From: Phycisphaeraceae bacterium | Lineage (GTDB): Bacteria; Planctomycetota; Phycisphaerae; Phycisphaerales; Phycisphaeraceae | DNA: 64,000 bases | Direction: 5' to 3' | Assembly: GCA_963674705.1 (NCBI GenBank) | Contig: OY771506.1 | Location: forward strand, 160,001-224,000 | In this document: in pieces, positions 57,969 through 64,000 of the stretch | How positions within the stretch are numbered: the stretch's first letter is position 1 | Layout: each line of letters begins with the position of its first letter | Made by a program: the position numbers and the translations under genes | The notes under the pieces: generated by a model | Told to the model about the DNA's origin: nothing | The model's database searches: none | The model's input: only the letters and a program-made list of their open reading frames with translations

Positions 57969-59159
57969 TCAGGCTTGACTCATTTCATAGGTATCGATGG
58001 CGATAGCCGCCTCTTCGTTTGTTGGTATTACCAGCACCGCAACTCTACTGGCGTAGGAACTGATCTTGGATGCACCTTTCGCGGCCTGGTTCGCCGCCGC
58101 ATCCAGTTCAACGCCGATCTGGTCGAGGTTAGAGCAGATCGCGGCACGGATATCTGCAGCGTTTTCACCGATCCCGCCGGTGAAGACCACAGCATCCAGT
58201 GTGCCCAGGGCAGCGGTGTATGCACCGATGTACTTCTTGATCCGGTAGGCGAAAACATCCAACGCAAGCCGAGCTCGTTTATCACCCTCTGCCGCTTTCT
58301 CGGTCAGGGTGCGCATGTCGTTAGACGTGCCGGATATCCCCAGCACGCCGGACTGCTTGTTGCACAACTTGTTCATATCCGCGACGGAATAGCCTTTACC
58401 CGCCAGGTAGAACAAGATCGCCGGATCAAAGTCACCGGTGCGTGTCCCCATGGGAACGCCTTCCAACGGCGTCAATCCCATCGAGGTATCCACACTCTTG
58501 CCCTTGCTGACAGCGGCGATTGAGCTGCCGTTGCCGAGGTGGCAGGTGATACAGTTGATATCATATTTTCCTTTTCCGAGCATCTCCGCCGCTTTTCGCG
58601 CGACCCAGCGGTGGCTGGTGCCGTGGAATCCATAGCGACGGACGCCGTACTTCTCATACAACTCGTACGGCAGAGCATACATGTACGCGACCTCGGGAAT
58701 GGTCGTGTGGAAAGCGGTATCAAAACACGCGATCTGTGGGACGTTCGGCATCGCGTGCTGCGCGGCACGGATACCGGTTAGGTTCGGTGGATTGTGAAGC
58801 GGCGCCAGGTCGGCGACCTTGTCGATCGAGGCGATCACCTCGTCGTTGATCACGACCGAACCGGTAAACGCTTCACCGCCATGAACGACACGGTGTCCCA
58901 CGGCTTTGATTTCATTAATGTCTTTGATGACGCCGTCATTGGGATCGACCAGCGCCTCGAGAATAATATCCATACCGGTGTCATGGTCCGGCACGGGCTT
59001 TTCAATCTTGTTTTTACTGCCGTCGTGTTCGTAGATCAGAGCCGAGCCTTCGTTGCCTATACGGTCAACCATGCCTTTTGCAATAACGTGTTGCTCGGGC
59101 ATGTCGAAGACTTGAAACTTGATCGACGAACTGCCGCAGTTGACTACCAACACAATCAT
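57969..59159 (-). CDS. ackA: Acetate kinase
   Basis: NCGSSSIK, GHRVVHGG, APLHNP, FDTAFH, RYGFHGTSH, HLGNG and PTNEE. Confidence 0.97.
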   Translation of the reverse strand: MIVLVVNCGSSSIKFQVFDMPEQHVIAKGMVDRIGNEGSALIYEHDGSKNKIEKPVPDHDTGMDIILEALVDPNDGVIKDINEIKAVGHRVVHGGEAFTGSVVINDEVIASIDKVADLAPLHNPPNLTGIRAAQHAMPNVPQIACFDTAFHTTIPEVAYMYALPYELYEKYGVRRYGFHGTSHRWVARKAAEMLGKGKYDINCITCHLGNGSSIAAVSKGKSVDTSMGLTPLEGVPMGTRTGDFDPAILFYLAGKGYSVADMNKLCNKQSGVLGISGTSNDMRTLTEKAAEGDKRARLALDVFAYRIKKYIGAYTAALGTLDAVVFTGGIGENAADIRAAICSNLDQIGVELDAAANQAAKGASKISSYASRVAVLVIPTNEEAAIAIDTYEMSQA

Positions 59160-59211
59160 GTGTCTGGCTCCTGTTGTGGTACGCCCCGGCCTGGCCGGGC
59201 AGGTCTAATTG

Positions 59212-60195
59212 TTATGTCATAGCAATGCAGATAGCGGTGGTTGCGACGACGTCCGAAGCGCTTGCGCCGCGAGATAAATCACTGATCGGTTTGGCAAAAC
59301 CCTGTAGGAACGGCCCGATCGCCGCCGCGCCCGCCATGTACTGCGTCAATTTGTATGCAATGTTGCCCGCGTCGAGGTCGGGGAAGATCAGCACGTTCGC
59401 CTGGCCGGCGACTTCGCTGGGCTCCTTAACCTTCTTCGCGGCGACCTTGCCGATGATCGCTGCGTCGGCCTGGAACTCGCCATCGATCATCAAATCAGCG
59501 GCGCGCTGCTTTACGATCGACAACGCTTTGGTGACCTTGTCGATGTCATCATGTGCGGCGCTTGCCTTAGTCGAGAACGAAAGCATTGCGGTGCGTGCAG
59601 GCTCACCCAGGAGCTTCTCGCCGCTGGCGTGGCTGGCCAACGCGATGTCCGCAAGTTCGGCCGCGTTCGGTTGGATGTTTACCGCGCAGTCGGCATAAAT
59701 GAACGGCTTATCCTTTGTGCCCTGGAAGTCGGGAACAACCATCAGGAAGAAGCTGCTGGCCGTTTCGATGCCGGGTGCGTATCCGACGGTCAGCGCGCCC
59801 GCCTGAATCACGGTCGCGGTCGCGTTGGCGACGCCGGCAACGAGCGTATCCGCATCGCCCTGCGCAACCATCATGCCGCCGTAGAAAAGCGCACGCTTAA
59901 CCATACGCTGCGCAATGCCTGACTTCATGTCGCGGGCCTTGGCGTAGGCTTCGGTGTAGGCTTCGAGTTTGTCGCTGGTCTTCGGGTCAATGGTCTTGAT
60001 ACCGTCCAGCGAGACACCGCCCTGCTCCGCGGCAGCCTTGATCTCTTCTTCTTTGCCCAAAAGGATCGGCTCGGCGATCCCTTGGTCCTTGATCTGTCTT
60101 GCGGCTTGCACGATCCGCTCGTCATGGCCTTCCGGTAGCACGACCGAACGTGACATCCCCTTGGCTTTTTCAACAAAATTGTCGACGATACCCAT
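59212..60195 (-). CDS. pta: Phosphate acetyltransferase
   Basis: VLPEG, ADCAVN, LSFSTK, DGEFQADAA, FPDLDAGNIAYK and DLSRG. Confidence 0.96.
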   Translation of the reverse strand: MGIVDNFVEKAKGMSRSVVLPEGHDERIVQAARQIKDQGIAEPILLGKEEEIKAAAEQGGVSLDGIKTIDPKTSDKLEAYTEAYAKARDMKSGIAQRMVKRALFYGGMMVAQGDADTLVAGVANATATVIQAGALTVGYAPGIETASSFFLMVVPDFQGTKDKPFIYADCAVNIQPNAAELADIALASHASGEKLLGEPARTAMLSFSTKASAAHDDIDKVTKALSIVKQRAADLMIDGEFQADAAIIGKVAAKKVKEPSEVAGQANVLIFPDLDAGNIAYKLTQYMAGAAAIGPFLQGFAKPISDLSRGASASDVVATTAICIAMT

Positions 60196-60240
60196 GCTGT
60201 GTAATCCTCCAAATGCATGGCTGAGGTTTATGTAAATGCA

Positions 60241-60302
60241 CGAATGACGAATGACGAATGCCCGAATGTCGAAGTACGGCGTTCGTACATTCGACATCCG
60301 GG
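60241..60302. repeat. CGAATGA heptamer repeats followed by a hairpin
   Basis: cgaatga cgaatga cgaatgc c cgaatgt cgaa; cccgaatgtcgaa..gtacg pairs with cgtac..ttcgacatccggg. Confidence 0.7.
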
Positions 60303-60326
60303 CTCCGTCAGTTCAGTCTGTCTGTT

Positions 60327-61109
60327 TTACGCCTGCGGCGCGCCGGGCTTCTTCATCTGGATCCAGTCGTAGTATTCACGCATCTTCAGTTCCGAAGCGG
60401 CATCGCTGTCGATGTAGAACTTCGTGTAGGGATGCATCTGCAATGCACTGGCGGTGTTCATGCAGCAGACCGGGCCTTCAATTGCTTCGGCGATGCACTT
60501 GGCTTTGCCTTTGCCGCTGGCCAGCAGGATGACTTCATCAGCCTCGAGGATGGTCCCGACGCCCATGGTGATCGCATAGATCGGCACGTCCTCGACCTTA
60601 TCGAAGAAGCGAGCGTTATCGTCGATGGTCTGCTTGGCCAGGGTTTTGAGCCGTGTGCGTGAGCTCAGCGAGCTGGTGGGCTCATTGAAAGCGATGTGGC
60701 CGTCTGAACCGATGCCGAGGATCTGGATATCGATCCCGCCGCATTCCACGATACGCTGCTCATACCACTGGCAGAAAGCTTTGAAGTTGCTCGTTGTGCC
60801 TGAAGGAACATGGATGTTCGATTCGGGAACGTTGACGTGCTTGAAGAAGTTTTCATGCATGAAGTAGTGATAGCTCTGATCGTGGCTGATCGGCAGACCA
60901 ACATACTCGTCGAGGTTGAACGTGGTGCAGCGGGAGAAGTCCAGGCCTTCTTCCTTGTGCATGCGGGCCAGTTCCTTGTACACGCCTAACGGTGTGGAAC
61001 CGGTTGCCAGCCCGAGCACCGCGTTGGGCTTACGGTTGACCACCTCTGCGATCTGCAGAGCGGCGGCCTTGCTGATTTCGTCATAAGTCGGCTTGATAAT
61101 AACTTCCAT
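60327..61109 (-). CDS. nagB: Glucosamine-6-phosphate deaminase
   Basis: GLATGSTP, FNLDEY, GIGSDGHIAFNEP and ITMGVGTI. Confidence 0.95.
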   Translation of the reverse strand: MEVIIKPTYDEISKAAALQIAEVVNRKPNAVLGLATGSTPLGVYKELARMHKEEGLDFSRCTTFNLDEYVGLPISHDQSYHYFMHENFFKHVNVPESNIHVPSGTTSNFKAFCQWYEQRIVECGGIDIQILGIGSDGHIAFNEPTSSLSSRTRLKTLAKQTIDDNARFFDKVEDVPIYAITMGVGTILEADEVILLASGKGKAKCIAEAIEGPVCCMNTASALQMHPYTKFYIDSDAASELKMREYYDWIQMKKPGAPQA

Positions 61110-61183
61110 CGTAACTCACTCCAGTGGTAGTAAAGTGTGACAATAACTGATCGGGTCGCATCGACCCGTGGTACATAACTCTG

Positions 61184-63172
61184 TTATAAGCCGGCCTTCA
61201 CAGACTGGCTGTTGTTTTTCTTGACCGTCTGCTCGGGTTCATCGTTCAAACCCTTCCAGAGAACAAACGCTTCCATCGCTTCATACTCGGCCAGGCCGAG
61301 CTTGTCGTAGATCTTGGCGGTCTCGCGGTTGCGTTGCTCTGCACGTTCCCAGAACTCACGTGTGTCAATACCCGGGAACAACGCTTTGTCTTTCTGCGAT
61401 TCGTGCTTGAAGATCGCGTTGAGCTTGCGCTCCAATTCCTTCGGCGACAGCGGCACCGCCATCTCAATCTGCTGCGGCTCCCATTCCTGCCAGGCGCCGC
61501 GATACATCCACAGTTCGCAGTCCTGCACCCACTTCTGGTCCTTGAGCCGACGCATCGCTTCAAAGATCGCAGCGAGGCAGACACGGTGTGTGCCGTGCGG
61601 GTCGGATAAGTCGCCGGCCGCGTATACCTGATGAGGCTTGACCTTCTCGAGAAGGTCCATCGTGATCTTGATATCTTCCTCACCGATCGGCTTCTTGCGC
61701 ACGGTGCCGGTCTCGTAGAACGGCAAGTCGAGGAAGTAAGCACGCTCGCTGGGCACGCCGCAGTAACGGGCAGCCGCACGGGCTTCGCCGCGACGGATCA
61801 ACGCCTTGATGTTCTGGACGATTTCCGAATCGACCTGGCCCGGCTTTTTCTGCCTGAGGAATTCCTCGATGTGATCCTCGATCTTCTGGGCTTCGTTGCT
61901 GTCCATACCGAACAAGTGGTTGTAATCCGAAGCGAAGTCAGCGAAGCGGATCGCGTCTTCATCAAATACAGCAATGCTGCCGGACACCTGATACGCAACG
62001 TGCACTTCGTGGCCCTGGTCGACAAGACGAATGAACGTCCCACCCATGGAGATCACATCATCGTCCGGGTGGGGCGAGAAGATCAGTACGCGCTTGGGCA
62101 CGACGTCGTTGGTCGTATCACGTGGGCCGGCCAATTGAATCGGCATACCCTCAACCAGACCACCGGGGCAGCCGCAGACCGTTGTCTGCATCGCACGGAA
62201 GACAAGACGGTTGATTTCATAGGACGGGCCGTGCTCAGCCAGCAGGTCCTGAAGGTGGTTGGCGTTGTAGTCTTCGTCTGTCAGTTTGAGGATGGCTTTC
62301 TCGGTCTTCATCGCCAGCCAGATCACGGCGTTGCGGATCTGCTGCCGCGTCCAATCAACCGTGCCACACTTCCAAGGCGTCTGGAAACGGGTCAGCTTCG
62401 CGGACGAAGCGGCATCCATGCAGATCATCGCGTTCGGATGTTCCTGCAGATAACTGGCCGCGACATGATCGGTGATCGGTCCCTCGATAGCCTGTCGCAG
62501 GATCGGGGCCTTGCCTTCACCAAACGCGATCAGGTAGACCTTCTTCGCGTTCATGATGGTCTTGACACCCATGGTGATGGCCTTATACGGCACGTTCTCC
62601 ACGCCGAAGAAGTCGCTCGCGGCGTCCTGACGTGTGAGTGGATCAAGCCAGATCAGACGCGTGCGGCTGACCTTGCTCGAACCCGGCTCGTTGAAGCCGA
62701 TGTGGCCCGTTCGGCCGATCCCCAGCAACTGGATGTCGATCCCGCCGGCGTCTTCGATCGCCTGTTCGTACGACTTGCAGAAGTGAGGGATCTCTTCAAT
62801 GCTGAGCGTGCCATCGGGGATGTGCACGTTGTCCGGATCGATATCAACGTGGTCGAATAGGTGCTCCTTCATGAACCGGACGTAGCTCTGCAGCTCATGG
62901 GGCTGCATCGGGTAGTACTCGTCCAGGTTGAAAGTGATCACGTTCTTAAACGACAGACCTTCGTCCTTATGAAGCTTGATCAACTCATCGTAAACCTCGG
63001 TCGGGCTGGAGCCGGTCGCCAGACCCAACACAGCCATCTTGCCTTCCGTGGCGCGTTTACGGATCAGGTCCGAGATCTCACGGGCAACCATCCGGCTGAC
63101 CTGGGCCGAGTTCTCAAATACCCTGGTAGGAATGTTCTCGTACATACATCTTTCTGGATCGTTGTCGATCAT
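61184..63172 (-). CDS. nagB: Long glucosamine-6-phosphate deaminase fused to a PIG-L/LmbE de-N-acetylase domain
   Basis: N-terminal GLATGSSP/NLDEY/GRTGHIGFNEPG; C-terminal FSPHPDDDVISMGG, RRGEA and DPHGTH. Confidence 0.92.
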   Translation of the reverse strand: MIDNDPERCMYENIPTRVFENSAQVSRMVAREISDLIRKRATEGKMAVLGLATGSSPTEVYDELIKLHKDEGLSFKNVITFNLDEYYPMQPHELQSYVRFMKEHLFDHVDIDPDNVHIPDGTLSIEEIPHFCKSYEQAIEDAGGIDIQLLGIGRTGHIGFNEPGSSKVSRTRLIWLDPLTRQDAASDFFGVENVPYKAITMGVKTIMNAKKVYLIAFGEGKAPILRQAIEGPITDHVAASYLQEHPNAMICMDAASSAKLTRFQTPWKCGTVDWTRQQIRNAVIWLAMKTEKAILKLTDEDYNANHLQDLLAEHGPSYEINRLVFRAMQTTVCGCPGGLVEGMPIQLAGPRDTTNDVVPKRVLIFSPHPDDDVISMGGTFIRLVDQGHEVHVAYQVSGSIAVFDEDAIRFADFASDYNHLFGMDSNEAQKIEDHIEEFLRQKKPGQVDSEIVQNIKALIRRGEARAAARYCGVPSERAYFLDLPFYETGTVRKKPIGEEDIKITMDLLEKVKPHQVYAAGDLSDPHGTHRVCLAAIFEAMRRLKDQKWVQDCELWMYRGAWQEWEPQQIEMAVPLSPKELERKLNAIFKHESQKDKALFPGIDTREFWERAEQRNRETAKIYDKLGLAEYEAMEAFVLWKGLNDEPEQTVKKNNSQSVKAGL

Positions 63173-63234
63173 CGTTTTCCGCCCTTCTGTCTATTGAATC
63201 AGTTCTAATCAGGTTCTGGTTAATGGTTGAATGT

Positions 63235-63999
63235 TCAGTCCGTTACTTGAAGTTGTTGGGTTTGGTTCTGGTTTTCGGAATCGCGTACCTCGCCGCCGAC
63301 CGTCATCAACGACGCCCACCGGCTTGTATAAAAGTGTGCAAGTACCAGGCTCGCAGCGATACGCGATGGCTGCGATTCGGTCCGGTCCCACAGATCTATC
63401 CGAAGGCGCTGCTCCAGTTGGCTCAGCGTCAACGCACGCACACGTTCGGTCAATGCTGTGGTAAATGCTTCACAAGTGGTCAATTCGCTGGCAAGTACAA
63501 GCCGACTGACACGTGTGAAGTTCACCGCGTTGGATAAACCCGTCGCCAGCAGGTCCAGCATCCGGTTCACTGCTTTATCCGAGCCATCATAATTGGCCGC
63601 ACGATCCGCCAGACAGGTATCCGAACCGTTGATCAGGCTCAGGTACCCAGTGGAGAAGATGCGTTCAAGACAACCGACCTGGCCACAGAAACAGACGGGC
63701 GCTTCCACCGGCAGCCGTGTGTGCCCAAGCTCGTTCGCGCCGGTGACACTGCCACGATTCGGCTGGCCGTTGATCAACAGCGTCGAACCCAGTCGGCCGT
63801 CACCCAGCCGGACGATCAACACATCGCCACCGGATTCCGCATCTACTCGGTGTGATAGCGCCCAACGGGCAGCCAATGCCACCGCATCGTTCTCCAGCGC
63901 GATCGGTACGCTCCCGGCAGCGTCATAAATCGGCATCAGACTCACCGGCTTGCCCGAAGGCACCGTCGGGCTGAACAGCATCTGGCTCGTTTTCAAATC
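63235..63999 (-). CDS. ROK-family protein (likely NagC-like regulator), 5'-truncated by the window
   Basis: LENDA, GRLGS, ANELGH and CFCGQVGCLE. Confidence 0.88.
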   Translation of the reverse strand, partial: DLKTSQMLFSPTVPSGKPVSLMPIYDAAGSVPIALENDAVALAARWALSHRVDAESGGDVLIVRLGDGRLGSTLLINGQPNRGSVTGANELGHTRLPVEAPVCFCGQVGCLERIFSTGYLSLINGSDTCLADRAANYDGSDKAVNRMLDLLATGLSNAVNFTRVSRLVLASELTTCEAFTTALTERVRALTLSQLEQRLRIDLWDRTESQPSRIAASLVLAHFYTSRWASLMTVGGEVRDSENQNQTQQLQVTD

Positions 64000-64000
64000 T

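Overview
High-GC bacterial chromosome segment, most consistent with a Phycisphaerae planctomycete. This is inferred from PEP-CTERM proteins carrying a DxxGDGFVGxxDLD Ca-binding module, a DUF1559/H-X9-DG prepilin and dispersed heptamer repeats. Left to right: (1) the 3' part of a PafA/Dop (Pup-ligase family) gene with an unusual ~310-aa helical C-terminal extension; (2) a ~10-kb island (3449-13566) bounded by a 25-bp direct repeat of the 3' end of tRNA-Ser(CGA), carrying two sialidase-fold proteins, a class II aldolase and three regulators but no integrase; (3) housekeeping and accessory genes (epimerase, feoAB, panE, a two-component system, tig, clpX, S41 protease, aroC, dtd) and two paralogous PEP-CTERM surface proteins; (4) a ~15-kb type IV pilus/T2SS-like locus with its own signalling genes (kinase, STAS, MshEN-bearing ATPase, convergent receiver and HD-GYP genes, matching sigma28-like promoters) and seven pilin-like genes but no secretin; (5) an amino-sugar operon ROK-nagB/PIG-L-nagB-pta-ackA-DUF4954-atypical ACP, followed by a DHS-like gene and gmhA. 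All calls come from visual motif recognition; no database searches were run.
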